NCBI GenBank assembly: GCA_963662465.1
Contig: OY759599.1
Coordinates: 1,280,001 to 1,344,000, forward strand
Reading direction: 5' to 3'
DNA from: Desulfatiglandales bacterium
GTDB lineage: Bacteria; Desulfobacterota; DSM-4660; Desulfatiglandales; Desulfatiglandaceae
Length of the DNA stretch: 64,000 bases
The notes under the pieces were generated by a model that ran no database searches, was not told where the DNA came from, and worked only from the letters and a program-made list of their open reading frames with translations. Positions 31,990 through 41,591 of this stretch are shown in pieces; the first letter of the stretch is position 1; each line of letters opens with the position of its first letter. A program made the translations under genes and the position numbers.

Positions 31990-33195
31990 ATGGCAGCGAA
32001 ACAGACCCGTGAAGAACTGGAACATCGGGTCAAAGACCTGGCAAGGGAGTGTTCTCGTCTGAGAGAGGCGGATCAAAAATTTAGAAGCGTTTTTGACGGT
32101 TCCATGGATGGTCTCATGATTGTCGGCAGTAAGAGCCGCCGGATTATTTGCGTCAATAAGCGGATTCAAACGATCCTGGGCTATCCCGATGGTGAACTTG
32201 TGGGAAAAATCTTTGATATCCTGCTCCCTTTGGAAACCAAACGACCCAAAGAATGTGTTCTGGAAGAATTACAGGTATGCGGGGGTGTTTTTACTCAGAA
32301 CTTCATGCATGCCGACGGGCATATCTGTGTTTTAGACCTGATGGCCACGCTGGTTCCCTGGGATGAAGGGTGGGCGATTCTATGTACGTTGCGGGATGTT
32401 TCCGAGCGCATTCGGTTGGAAGAGCAACTTCGCCAGGCCCAGAAAATGGAGGCCATCGGCGCTCTTGCGGGAGGGGTGGCGCACGATCTCAACAATATCC
32501 TGGCGGGGCTTGTGAGTTATCCTGAACTTCTGTTGATGGACCTTCCGGAAGAGAGTCCCCTGCGGAAACCAATGATGACCATCAAACGGTCCGGTGAACG
32601 CGCGGCCGCCATTGTGAAGGATCTTTTGACCCTTGCCAGGCATGGCGTGAGCGCGGTGGAGTCGGTAAACTTGAACCAGGTTGTTTCGGATTACTTTGTT
32701 ACGCCTGAATATCAAAAACTGAAGGATCATTATCCCAATATCCGAGTGGAGAAGCGACTGACGGAAGACCTTTTCCCCATTGTCGGATCCTTTGTTCACC
32801 TGTTAAAAGCCCTCGCAAATCTGCTGCTGAATGCCGCTGAAGCCATGCCTGAAGGGGGTAAGGTTGTTGTGACCACGGAAAATCGTCATATAAACGGGTC
32901 TCAAATGGGTTATGGTTTCCTGGAAACCGGCGATTACGCGGTACTCATCGTTTCAGATTCCGGGAAGGACATTGCGTCAAAAGATCTGGCAAGAATTTTT
33001 GAGCCTTTCTATACCAACAAACAAATGGGCAGAAGCGGTACGGGACTTGGGATGACCGTGGTGTGGGGAATCGTGAAAGACCATCATGGGCATATTGATG
33101 TGAAGAGTGAAGAGGGCAGGGGATGTACCTTATCGCTCTATTTCCCGGCGACCCGAGAAAAGCCGAAAAAAACCTCATCTCCCTTCTCTTTATAA
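31990..33195 (+). CDS. PAS-domain histidine kinase
   Basis: PAS-like N-terminus; QAQKMEAIG.LAGGVAHDLNN, NAAEAM, FEPFYT and GTGLG. Confidence 0.92.
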   Translation: MAAKQTREELEHRVKDLARECSRLREADQKFRSVFDGSMDGLMIVGSKSRRIICVNKRIQTILGYPDGELVGKIFDILLPLETKRPKECVLEELQVCGGVFTQNFMHADGHICVLDLMATLVPWDEGWAILCTLRDVSERIRLEEQLRQAQKMEAIGALAGGVAHDLNNILAGLVSYPELLLMDLPEESPLRKPMMTIKRSGERAAAIVKDLLTLARHGVSAVESVNLNQVVSDYFVTPEYQKLKDHYPNIRVEKRLTEDLFPIVGSFVHLLKALANLLLNAAEAMPEGGKVVVTTENRHINGSQMGYGFLETGDYAVLIVSDSGKDIASKDLARIFEPFYTNKQMGRSGTGLGMTVVWGIVKDHHGHIDVKSEEGRGCTLSLYFPATREKPKKTSSPFSL

Positions 33196-33382
33196 TGACC
33201 TGTATCTAAAGCCGCAAGCCGCGGTTTTAAGCTTTAATTTAGTTTGTCAATAAGGTGCTAACCCATTCTCAATCTTATATTCTTCTTTTATGTATATTTA
33301 AATTTGGAATTGCATTTTACATAACGGAAGATCCGCGTGGCTTTCTTGCTGGTTTGCCGGACGGACGGCTCTGCTTAAATTA

Positions 33383-33898
33383 TTGCCGTTTTCGCTGGAT
33401 GAACTCGGTTCGCGTCAAAAAGACATCAGTTTTGATGAGCTGATACTCACCGGTTTCTATCCGCGCATCTGGCGGGAAGGTCTTTCTCCGGTTCAGGCCC
33501 TTGCGAACTATATCGAAACCTATGTCGAGCGGGACATCCGTCAGCTCGTAGCAATTAAGGATCTAATTCTTTTTCAGCGTTTTATCACCCTGTGTGCCGG
33601 CCGTGTGGGACAACTGCTCAATCTTAACAGTCTGGGCGCCGATTGTGGTATTTCCCATCAGACGGCGCGGAACTGGCTGACCCTTCTGGAGGCAAGCTAT
33701 ATCATATTTCGACTGCCGCCTTATTTTGCCAATATCTCCAAAAGGCTGGTGAAATCGCCTAAACTCTATTTCTATGATGTGGGGCTTGCCGGCCATCTTC
33801 TGGGACTGGAAAACGAGCGACATGTGAGCCGTGTCCTCTATAAACTGCTTCTATCCCCTAAATTTTCAAAATCAGGGTCTCATCCGCAACTTCTTTAA
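33383..33898 (+). pseudogene. Internal fragment of an AAA ATPase/DUF4143 protein
   Basis: GFYP...YIETYVERDIR...KRLVKSPKLYFYDVGL; lacks the N-terminal Walker A region and the C-terminus. Confidence 0.8.
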
Positions 33899-34427
33899 GA
33901 TCATGCTGCGTTGTTCCCGCAAAAAAAAATGATACTTTTTCCTTGACGCCGAAAAAACCTAATGGTATTAGGCTTACACGCTATATGTGAAGTTTGGCAT
34001 AACGAAAAATGTTGATAACAAAGATATAATTATCCTAATGACGATATGGAAATGATTCAATATCCCTGAAAAATTGTACTGTTTATTTTCTTAAGCTAGT
34101 CTTTGTCTCTTATTTTTTCGGAAATTATGTGTCTTTATTTTTATAAACGAATATCATTAGGAGGTAAAAATTTTTGGTTTGTTATTGAATTGTAAATGCC
34201 TGATAAAATGGGTTTATTAGCAGTTAAGTGTTTATAGGTATATTGAGGAATCGCCAAAAATATTCAAAAAAGAGCACAGAAAAGCACATGATTGATTCTG
34301 CTCCCGATCTGTGGGGTACGTCAGTTGCTGGAGGACTTAAATGGTGTGTGTGGCAGGTATTCGGTCAACCCAACACGTTGTTTTGAATACCGTATTATTC
34401 ATGAGGATTTTAGAAGGAGGATTGTAA

Positions 34428-36392
34428 ATGGCTAAAGTATTGTTTGAATGGGATTATTCATCGTATCCTGGGGCGAAATTATACCCCAATCTGTTCAAGC
34501 CGATTCAGATTGGGAATCTTATGGTCCCGAACCGCGTGAAATACGCGGCAACGGAAGATAATTTGAATCAGCACGACGGGTTTATTACCGACGCGGATGT
34601 GGCCTACATGCGGTCGCGTGCGGAAGGCGTTGTGGGCGGCCTGTGTTTTATGCAGGGCGTGTACATGGATGAGGCCGCCAAAGGCCAGGGGTATGTGGGT
34701 CAGGCGGGTTGCTGGGATGACAAATATATACCCGGACTCAAGAGAATTGCCGATGCCATCCACGGGGAAAAGGCCATCGCCGGCTTTCAGCTCATGGACT
34801 GCGGGCGCGTCGGCGCCGTAGAGGTTCCTGAGGGGCACGCGCCTTCCACGGTTCCCCAGCGGTTGAGGATTTTCAAACCCATGGCCGAGATGACCAACGC
34901 TGAAGTCAAGGAAATGATTCAGCAGCACGTGGATGCCGCCGGAAGGGGTGTTGAAGCGGGTTTCGATGTGATTGAGATTTCAGGTATCGTGGGTTACCTG
35001 CTCAGTAATTTCATTTCCAGTTACACTAACCGCCGAACCGACGAGTACGGCGGCGACATTCGCGGCCGATGCCAATCCATGGTGGAAATCATTCAAGGGG
35101 TCAAAAAAGTGTGCGGCCCGGATATTCCGGTGGGCATCAGGCTTTGTTCCGAGGAACTCCTGAATGACGTTCGCGGCAATACGCCGGAAGAGTCTATGCA
35201 ATCCTACAAGATTGCCGAAGAAGCGGGCGCCGACTACATCAGCTGTACCCTGGGTTGGCAGGAATCCATTTTCCCCGTAATCAGCCGCGATATTCCCCAG
35301 GGAAACTGGCTGTATCTGGCCAAAAGGGCCAAGGAAAACGTCAACATCCCCATCCAGATGGCCTACAGGCTCTTTACCCCGGATAAACCCAATAAGGCCA
35401 TCGGTGACGGCGAGCTGGATTTCTGGGAAATGTGCCGCTCCATGATTGCTGATCCCTACATGCCCAAGAAGGTACTGGAAGGGCGCGAAGACGAAATCCG
35501 GCATTGTGTGGCCTGCAACCTCTGTCTGGCCAGGTTGTTCCGTGATGCGCCCATGACCTGTTACATCAACCCGGTTTGTGCCCATGAGCATGACGAAAAA
35601 ATCTTCCCCCAAAAGGCGGATGATGAAAAGGAAGTCATGATTGTCGGCGCCGGTCCCGCCGGTCTGGAAGCCGCCTATGTGGCAGCCCAGAGAGGCCATG
35701 ACGTACATGTCTACGATAAACGCAAAGAGCTGGGCGGTACCCTCCTGGAGGCTTCGAAGGCGCCTTATGGCGATGAAGAATTGATGACCTGTACGAGTTT
35801 CCAGAAAACCATGTGTGAAAAGGCGGGCGTCAAGTTCCATCTGGGGACGGAAGTTACGGAAGCACTGATCCAGGATGAAGCGCCGGATACTGTGATCCTG
35901 GCAACCGGTCCCGTGTACCCAGCGCTGGAAAGCTCTGTTAATGTGCTGGATGTGCTGAATGGTACCGCCGATGTGGGCGAGACGGTTGTGGTTTACGGCA
36001 ACCGGAAACCCGGCATCGGCGTCGCGCTGAAGCTGGCCAAAGAAGGGAAAAAGGTCACCCTCGTGGGTAAAGAGAAGTCTGCTGGATTTGATATCAATCC
36101 GTCTTTCAAATGGCGCTATATGATCTATCTGAAGCAGAACGGCGTGATGGCCTATAACGACTGCGACATCGAAGAAGTGGGCAATGGCGAAATTACGGTG
36201 AAAACTTATGATGGATATCGGTTCCCGGTGAAGTGCGATACCGTTATCGTAAGCGAACGCGAAGCAAACGACGCCCTGAAAAAGGTGGTTCAGGCCGAAG
36301 GCATCGAACTGTTTGTCATTGGAGATGCTTTGGTGCCCAGGAACCTGTCCAGTGCCGTCCATGATGGTTATCGGATTGGTCTCAGGATCTAA
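34428..36392 (+). CDS. FadH/OYE-family flavoenzyme (FMN barrel, 4Fe-4S, FAD domain); candidate dienoyl-/aryl-CoA reductase
   Basis: LFKPIQIG...NR, GYLLSNF...NRRTDEYGG, CVACNLC...CYINP and IVGAGPAGLEAA; AGGAGG RBS. Confidence 0.88.
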   Translation: MAKVLFEWDYSSYPGAKLYPNLFKPIQIGNLMVPNRVKYAATEDNLNQHDGFITDADVAYMRSRAEGVVGGLCFMQGVYMDEAAKGQGYVGQAGCWDDKYIPGLKRIADAIHGEKAIAGFQLMDCGRVGAVEVPEGHAPSTVPQRLRIFKPMAEMTNAEVKEMIQQHVDAAGRGVEAGFDVIEISGIVGYLLSNFISSYTNRRTDEYGGDIRGRCQSMVEIIQGVKKVCGPDIPVGIRLCSEELLNDVRGNTPEESMQSYKIAEEAGADYISCTLGWQESIFPVISRDIPQGNWLYLAKRAKENVNIPIQMAYRLFTPDKPNKAIGDGELDFWEMCRSMIADPYMPKKVLEGREDEIRHCVACNLCLARLFRDAPMTCYINPVCAHEHDEKIFPQKADDEKEVMIVGAGPAGLEAAYVAAQRGHDVHVYDKRKELGGTLLEASKAPYGDEELMTCTSFQKTMCEKAGVKFHLGTEVTEALIQDEAPDTVILATGPVYPALESSVNVLDVLNGTADVGETVVVYGNRKPGIGVALKLAKEGKKVTLVGKEKSAGFDINPSFKWRYMIYLKQNGVMAYNDCDIEEVGNGEITVKTYDGYRFPVKCDTVIVSEREANDALKKVVQAEGIELFVIGDALVPRNLSSAVHDGYRIGLRI

Positions 36393-36403
36393 GGAGGAGA
36401 AAA

Positions 36404-36931
36404 ATGCCAGTTAATGCGGAAAAAGAGATAACAAAATTGTGGCGGACGCTTCACGGCGCGCAGAGTGAAATCTGTAAAACCTACTATCGCTGGCGGGCAG
36501 TGGCGATTGAAATCGCCGGCCCCGATGCAAACGCCCAGGATATTGCCCTGAAGGCGGCGGCGATGATGGGTAAGGATATGGGGAAAAACATGCTTCCCCG
36601 ATTGAATTGGTTGAAGGGTGAAGAGGCCTTTTTGTTGAACCTGGGCCGACAGCTGGCCGGTATCTGGAATACCGAAGGTGGGCAGGCCATGGCCGCAAAA
36701 GGGGAAAAGGACGGAGAGGTTTTTATCCGTTGTATTCGCTGTCCCTGGCCCACGGCCGCCAAGGAGTTCGGTGTGCCCATGGAAGAAGTGGCGTTGACCC
36801 GTGAGAAGCTTTTCCAGTCTATTCTTGAAGATGTGAGCGTCTTTTTCAATATTCCATTGGGGATTGAGATGCTGAAGGCCATTCCCCGCGGCGAAGGCGA
36901 ATACCTGTTAAGGCTATACAAGGAAAACTAA
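36404..36931 (+). CDS. Uncharacterised protein (ATC-hydrolase/V4R-like fold possible)
   Basis: Operonic with a strong RBS; RCPW motif. Confidence 0.6.
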   Translation: MPVNAEKEITKLWRTLHGAQSEICKTYYRWRAVAIEIAGPDANAQDIALKAAAMMGKDMGKNMLPRLNWLKGEEAFLLNLGRQLAGIWNTEGGQAMAAKGEKDGEVFIRCIRCPWPTAAKEFGVPMEEVALTREKLFQSILEDVSVFFNIPLGIEMLKAIPRGEGEYLLRLYKEN

Positions 36932-36957
36932 CCATTAAGAACAGAGGAGTTTTGAAG

Positions 36958-37164
36958 ATGGCTGCTCAGATAGATCTTGAGAAATGTAATATGTGTGGCG
37001 GGGTTGTTCAGCCTTTGTGCGTGGAGGTATGCCCGGATGAAGCCATAAGGGTGCAGGACGGCAGGGTTGTGGTTACGGAGTTCATTTGCGAAGACTGCAA
37101 TGAATGCGGCTGCGTATGCCCGGATGGGGCCATAACCGTGCCCCTGGACAAGGTAACTTTTTAA
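36958..37164 (+). CDS. 2x[4Fe-4S] ferredoxin
   Basis: CNMCG....CVEVCP and CEDCNECGCVCP. Confidence 0.9.
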   Translation: MAAQIDLEKCNMCGGVVQPLCVEVCPDEAIRVQDGRVVVTEFICEDCNECGCVCPDGAITVPLDKVTF

Positions 37165-37194
37165 AAAAATAAACGATGTAAAGTGGAGCTGATC

Positions 37195-37629
37195 ATGAAA
37201 GTAAATAAGGTTGATCACATCTGTATCGCGGTGAAGGATCTTGATGCGGCCAAAAAGATCTGGGAGCCTCTTTTGGGGAAATCGGGTCCTGACGACGCAT
37301 ACGTTGACGTACCTGAAAAGATCAATGTGGCCCGTTACTGGGTGGGGGAAGTGGGTTTTGAGCTGATGGAATCCAGCACGCCGGATGGCGATGTGGCTAA
37401 ATATATCGAGAAGAACGGTGAAGGCGTGATGCTTATCAGTTTTAATGTGGACAACACCCGAGAGGCGGTTGACGAGCTGAAGGCAAAAGATTATCCCTTC
37501 ATCCCGGATTCAACGGGAGGGATTGCAAGGCCATTCCGTGATTGTGAGTTTGCGTTTGTCCATCCAAAGAAACTCAATGGCGTTTTGACCGAAATCATCG
37601 ACTATAAGTGGGATGAATTGAAGAAATAA
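37195..37629 (+). CDS. VOC/glyoxalase family protein (methylmalonyl-CoA epimerase-like)
   Basis: VDHICIAVKDL, FELME, YIEKNGEG and FVHPK..NGVL.E. Confidence 0.85.
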   Translation: MKVNKVDHICIAVKDLDAAKKIWEPLLGKSGPDDAYVDVPEKINVARYWVGEVGFELMESSTPDGDVAKYIEKNGEGVMLISFNVDNTREAVDELKAKDYPFIPDSTGGIARPFRDCEFAFVHPKKLNGVLTEIIDYKWDELKK

Positions 37630-37773
37630 TGGGTCATAAGGGGATCAAACCTGCTTGATGATGGTTGTGCGGTTTGATCCCTGATCCCCATCATTAAAAT
37701 AATCCAAATAGCGCAAGGAATTTGTGTCAAACAATTGAATTTTTTTGGTGTGAAAGGGCTCGGACATCTGATT

Positions 37774-37989
37774 ATGAGAAAGCAATGTAAAAATAAAACA
37801 TTTGAAGTCTATCTGGTTCATGTGGATGCGGACAAATGCGATGGGTGCGAAGAGTGTGTGAACTTCTGTCCCGTGGATGTCTTTGATATGACGCACAAAG
37901 CATATCCGACCCGACCCCAAAACTGTCTGGGTTGTAAAACCTGCGTGGCGGTCTGCAAATCCGGTGCTATTATTATTACCGAGATTTAA
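37774..37989 (+). CDS. 2x[4Fe-4S] ferredoxin
   Basis: CDGCEECVNFCP and CLGCKTCVAVC. Confidence 0.88.
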   Translation: MRKQCKNKTFEVYLVHVDADKCDGCEECVNFCPVDVFDMTHKAYPTRPQNCLGCKTCVAVCKSGAIIITEI

Positions 37990-37992
37990 GTG

Positions 37993-38056
37993 GAAATTCG
38001 AAATTGTGAAAAATATGGCATGACCGTCGAATTTCAAATTTCAAATTTCAAAATTG
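37993..38056. repeat. Short heptamer (AATTTCA) repeat with an inverted partner
   Basis: GAAATTCGAAATT ... GAATTTCAAATTTCAAATTTCAAAATT. Confidence 0.55.
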
Positions 38057-38066
38057 AGGTGAATTG

Positions 38067-39404
38067 ATGACTTCGATAATCATTATTGGAGGCGGCATTG
38101 CCGGAATCAATGCCGCCTTGAATGCCGCTGATTACGGCGCCAAGGTGTATCTGGTGGATGACACTGAAAGTATTGGTGGAATGATGGCCAGGCTGGACAA
38201 GACTTTTCCCACCAATGACTGTTCTATCTGTATTGAAGCGCCTGAGATGTATGAGGTTGACAATCACCCCAACATCGAGATTCTCACCAATACCGAGGTC
38301 AAAAAAGTCAAGAAAAATAAGGATGGTTTTGAGGTCAAGCTGATTCAGAAGGCCCGATTCATCGATGCCGAAAAATGTACGGGCTGCGGCGCCTGTATCG
38401 AGGCCTGTCCCGTCACCATTCCCGACGAAATGGACGGTAAAATTACCGGCACGAGGAAGCTGGTTCATATGGCTTTTCCCCAGGCGGTGCCCAATATACC
38501 GGTGATCGATCCGGATTGCCGGTTCGGCAATATGCGAGACCAGGGGGCCTGTGTGGGCGGATGCGTGGTGGATTGCAGTCAGTGCCGGGAATGTCCCATC
38601 GCGCTCTGTGTGAAGGCGTGCATCAAGGAAGGAAAAGATGCCGTTCGTCTCTGGCAGTCCAACAAAAACATAAAGCTGCAGGTGAAGAGCATCATCGTGG
38701 CCAGTGGGGTCATGGATGCAAAACCCCCCAAAGGTCTGTATGGGTATGATGTGCTGGACAACGTGATTACCTATCTTCAGTTTGAGCGGTTGATGAATGC
38801 CGGGGGACCCACGGAAGGACAGATCATCAGGCCGTCCGACGGTAAACATGCCCACAAAATCGCATGGTTGCAGTGTGCCGGTCGTGGATTGGACCACGGT
38901 GTCCCCTATTGTTCCAAGGTTTGCTGCATGGTGGCCGCCAAACAGACCATTATTACCAAAGAGCATGACGCATCCGTTGAGACCGCCGTCTTTTATAATG
39001 ACTTGAAGGCCTATGGAAAAGGATTCTGGGGATTCTACCAAAAAGCGGTTGAAAGCGGTGTTCGTTATGTAAGGGCCAGGCCGTTTGACGTGGTTGAAGA
39101 TCCGGATACCCGGAATGTGACCATTCGATATGAGGATTTTAAAACCGGAAAGATTGTAACGGAGGAATTTGATCTTCTGGTGCTTTCCACGGGTCTGGTT
39201 CCGGCTGACAGAAATGATCGGCTGGCAAAAACACTGAAGATCGATTTGGATAAATTCGGCTTCTTCAAGGAAGAAAATCCATTGATGGCCCCTCTGGAAA
39301 CAAAGGCGCCGGGCGTGTTTCTGTGTGGCGGCGCTACGGGTCCCATTGATATTTCAGAGTCGGTGGTTCAGGCCTGTGCCGCCGGTATGAAAGCGGTTCT
39401 TTAG
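38067..39404 (+). CDS. HdrA-like flavoprotein subunit 1
   Basis: IGGGIAGI.AAL, GGMMARLDKTFPTNDCSICI, CTGCGACIEACP, FERLMNAGGPT.G, YCSKVCC and GPIDISESV. Confidence 0.9.
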   Translation: MTSIIIIGGGIAGINAALNAADYGAKVYLVDDTESIGGMMARLDKTFPTNDCSICIEAPEMYEVDNHPNIEILTNTEVKKVKKNKDGFEVKLIQKARFIDAEKCTGCGACIEACPVTIPDEMDGKITGTRKLVHMAFPQAVPNIPVIDPDCRFGNMRDQGACVGGCVVDCSQCRECPIALCVKACIKEGKDAVRLWQSNKNIKLQVKSIIVASGVMDAKPPKGLYGYDVLDNVITYLQFERLMNAGGPTEGQIIRPSDGKHAHKIAWLQCAGRGLDHGVPYCSKVCCMVAAKQTIITKEHDASVETAVFYNDLKAYGKGFWGFYQKAVESGVRYVRARPFDVVEDPDTRNVTIRYEDFKTGKIVTEEFDLLVLSTGLVPADRNDRLAKTLKIDLDKFGFFKEENPLMAPLETKAPGVFLCGGATGPIDISESVVQACAAGMKAVL

Positions 39405-39491
39405 ATTGTTGATTGTTGATTGATGATTGTAGATTGTTGATTGATGAATTCAGTCCTTAAATCATCAATCAACAATCAACAATCATCAATC
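39404..39491. repeat. Inverted heptamer array: GATTGTT/GATTGAT-type x6, spacer, AACAATC/ATCAATC x4
   Basis: Read directly; fills most of the gap between the two hdrA-like genes. Confidence 0.9.
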
Positions 39492-39511
39492 CGAAGGGGG
39501 GGGGGAAGTTA

Positions 39512-41575
39512 ATGGAAGAAGATGTTAGGGTCGGTGTTTTTGTCTGTGATTGCGGTTCCAATATCGCGGGCGTGGTGGATGTGCCCGCTGTTGTGGCGTA
39601 CGCAAAAGGTCTTCCGCATGTTGCCTTTGTCAGTGAAGGGAAATGGTCCTGCTCGGTAGACGCGCTCTCTTCGATGCAGGATGCCATAAGGGAACAGAAT
39701 CTCAACCGGGTTGTGATTGCCTCCTGTACGCCCCGAACCCATGAACCGCTTTTTAAGGCGACGGTCAAGGAAGCGGGGTTGAATCCTTATCTGCTGGAGT
39801 TTGTCAGTATCCGTGAGCAAGTTTCCTGGGTGCATATGGGGGAACCGGAAAAGGCCACGCAAAAGGCAAAAGACCTGGTTAAAATGGGTGTTGCCAAGGC
39901 CGTATTGTTGGAAGAAGGAGAAGAAATCCGTCTTCCCGTGGGTCAGGATTGTCTCATTGTCGGCGGCGGCATGGCCGGTATGAGTGCGGCCTTGAATGTG
40001 GCGGAGCAGGGATTCCGCGCCTATATCGTTGAAAAAGGGCCTGAATTGGGGGGGCTGTTGAACCGGATTTCCACTGTTTCCCATGACCACATTGAAATGT
40101 CGGGCGCCGAAATCATTGCCGCAAAGAAGGCGTTGATCGACGCCAATCCCAATATCACCGCGTATACCAATGCGGAAATCGAGGCCGTTGACGGGTATAT
40201 CGGCAACTACAAGGTGGTGGTCAATTCAGGCGGGGAAAAAACAAACCTGGATATTTCCACTGTTGTCGTGGCCACGGGCATGCGGGAGATCGATCTGGAA
40301 CCGGGCGCCTTTCAGTACGGCGAACACCCCCGGGTGGTGACGCAGCTTCAGCTGGAAGAGATGCTGAAAGAGGGAACTTTAGGCGATGTGAAAAACGTGG
40401 TCATGATCAACTGTGTGGGGTCCAAGAATGAGGAACGGGGCTGCTGTGCCATCGGTTGCCACACGGCCATCAAAAATGCCGTCGCGCTTAAGGACATTAA
40501 CGCCGACATGGATATTTGGATTCTTTACCGGGATATGAGCATGGTAAAGGACGAACAGGTTCATATTCAAAAAGCCAAAGGTTCCGGCGTCAAATTTATT
40601 CGCTTCCCTGATGAACAATACCCCGATGTTCAGAAGCAGGGCGAAGGGTTGTCGGTAAACGTCCATGATTTTCTGTTGGACCGGGATTTTTCCTACGCAG
40701 CTGATCTCGTGGTGCTGACCGTGGGCTTTACCGGGGATGAAAGCGTCGACAATGTCAGAGGGTTGCTTAAGGTGTCCGCCAACAAGGAGGGATTTTTTCA
40801 GGAGCGGCATATCAAGCTGGGTCCCCTGGAGTTTCCCACTGACGGCGTGGCCCTTTGTGGATGCGCGAAGAACCCGAAAACCCTGAAGGAAACCTGTGAA
40901 GAGGGAATCGGCGCCGCCATGCGGGTTTCTATCCCCATGAAAAACGGCTTCATTGAAGCAGAAGGGATTGTGGCGGATATTGATCTTACCCACTGCAACA
41001 ATTGCGGTCTGTGCGCCAAGCGGTGTCCCTATGGCGCCATCAAGCTCGACGAGGAAAAAGTGCCCACCGTCCTCAAGGCCTTGTGCAAGGGATGTGGTTT
41101 GTGTGCGGCGGATTGTCCCAGGGAATGCATCACCATCGTCCATTATTCCGATGAGCAGTTACTGGCCCAGGTGGAAGCGGCTCTGGAAGAAAATCCAGAG
41201 GAGAAAATTCTGGGGTTCGTGTGTCATTGGTGCGCCCTGGGAGGGGTGGATATGGCGGGCGTCAGCCGTCTGCAATATCCCCCCAACGGTCGGTTGATCC
41301 GTGTCATGTGTTCTGCCCGCGTGCCTATCAAACTCATCGAGAGGGCCTACGAACTGGGCGCCGCCGGCGTTCTGGTTGCGGGATGCGAATTCCCCACCTG
41401 TCATTACATCACGGGTAATTATGCCTGCGAAACCCGAATTAAACGGGCGAGAAAGAAACTGACCAAAAAGGGGTATGATGCGGACAAGCTGGAGCTTACC
41501 TGGTGTTCGGCCGCGGACGGGCCAAAATTTGCCAATGTCATGAGAAACATGGCCAAAAGGCTGGGGCTGGCATAG
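39512..41575 (+). CDS. HdrA-like flavoprotein subunit 2 fused to a C-terminal MvhD [2Fe-2S] domain
   Basis: VGVFVCDCGSNIAG, ASCTPRTHE, IREQVSWVH, VGGGMAGM, two ferredoxin motifs, then CHWC...RVMCSARV...GC...CHY..GN. Confidence 0.9.
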   Translation: MEEDVRVGVFVCDCGSNIAGVVDVPAVVAYAKGLPHVAFVSEGKWSCSVDALSSMQDAIREQNLNRVVIASCTPRTHEPLFKATVKEAGLNPYLLEFVSIREQVSWVHMGEPEKATQKAKDLVKMGVAKAVLLEEGEEIRLPVGQDCLIVGGGMAGMSAALNVAEQGFRAYIVEKGPELGGLLNRISTVSHDHIEMSGAEIIAAKKALIDANPNITAYTNAEIEAVDGYIGNYKVVVNSGGEKTNLDISTVVVATGMREIDLEPGAFQYGEHPRVVTQLQLEEMLKEGTLGDVKNVVMINCVGSKNEERGCCAIGCHTAIKNAVALKDINADMDIWILYRDMSMVKDEQVHIQKAKGSGVKFIRFPDEQYPDVQKQGEGLSVNVHDFLLDRDFSYAADLVVLTVGFTGDESVDNVRGLLKVSANKEGFFQERHIKLGPLEFPTDGVALCGCAKNPKTLKETCEEGIGAAMRVSIPMKNGFIEAEGIVADIDLTHCNNCGLCAKRCPYGAIKLDEEKVPTVLKALCKGCGLCAADCPRECITIVHYSDEQLLAQVEAALEENPEEKILGFVCHWCALGGVDMAGVSRLQYPPNGRLIRVMCSARVPIKLIERAYELGAAGVLVAGCEFPTCHYITGNYACETRIKRARKKLTKKGYDADKLELTWCSAADGPKFANVMRNMAKRLGLA

Positions 41576-41591
41576 GATTGGGGGATAACAG

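Noticed and set aside
34980..36362. Long antisense ORFs (also 31123-32169, 38034-39041, 1903-2733)
   Set aside because: Shadows of well-supported genes on the opposite strand; no recognisable motifs
41200..41575. Selenocysteine recoding in the MvhD domain
   Set aside because: The ORF is open with Cys at the ligand positions; no in-frame TGA
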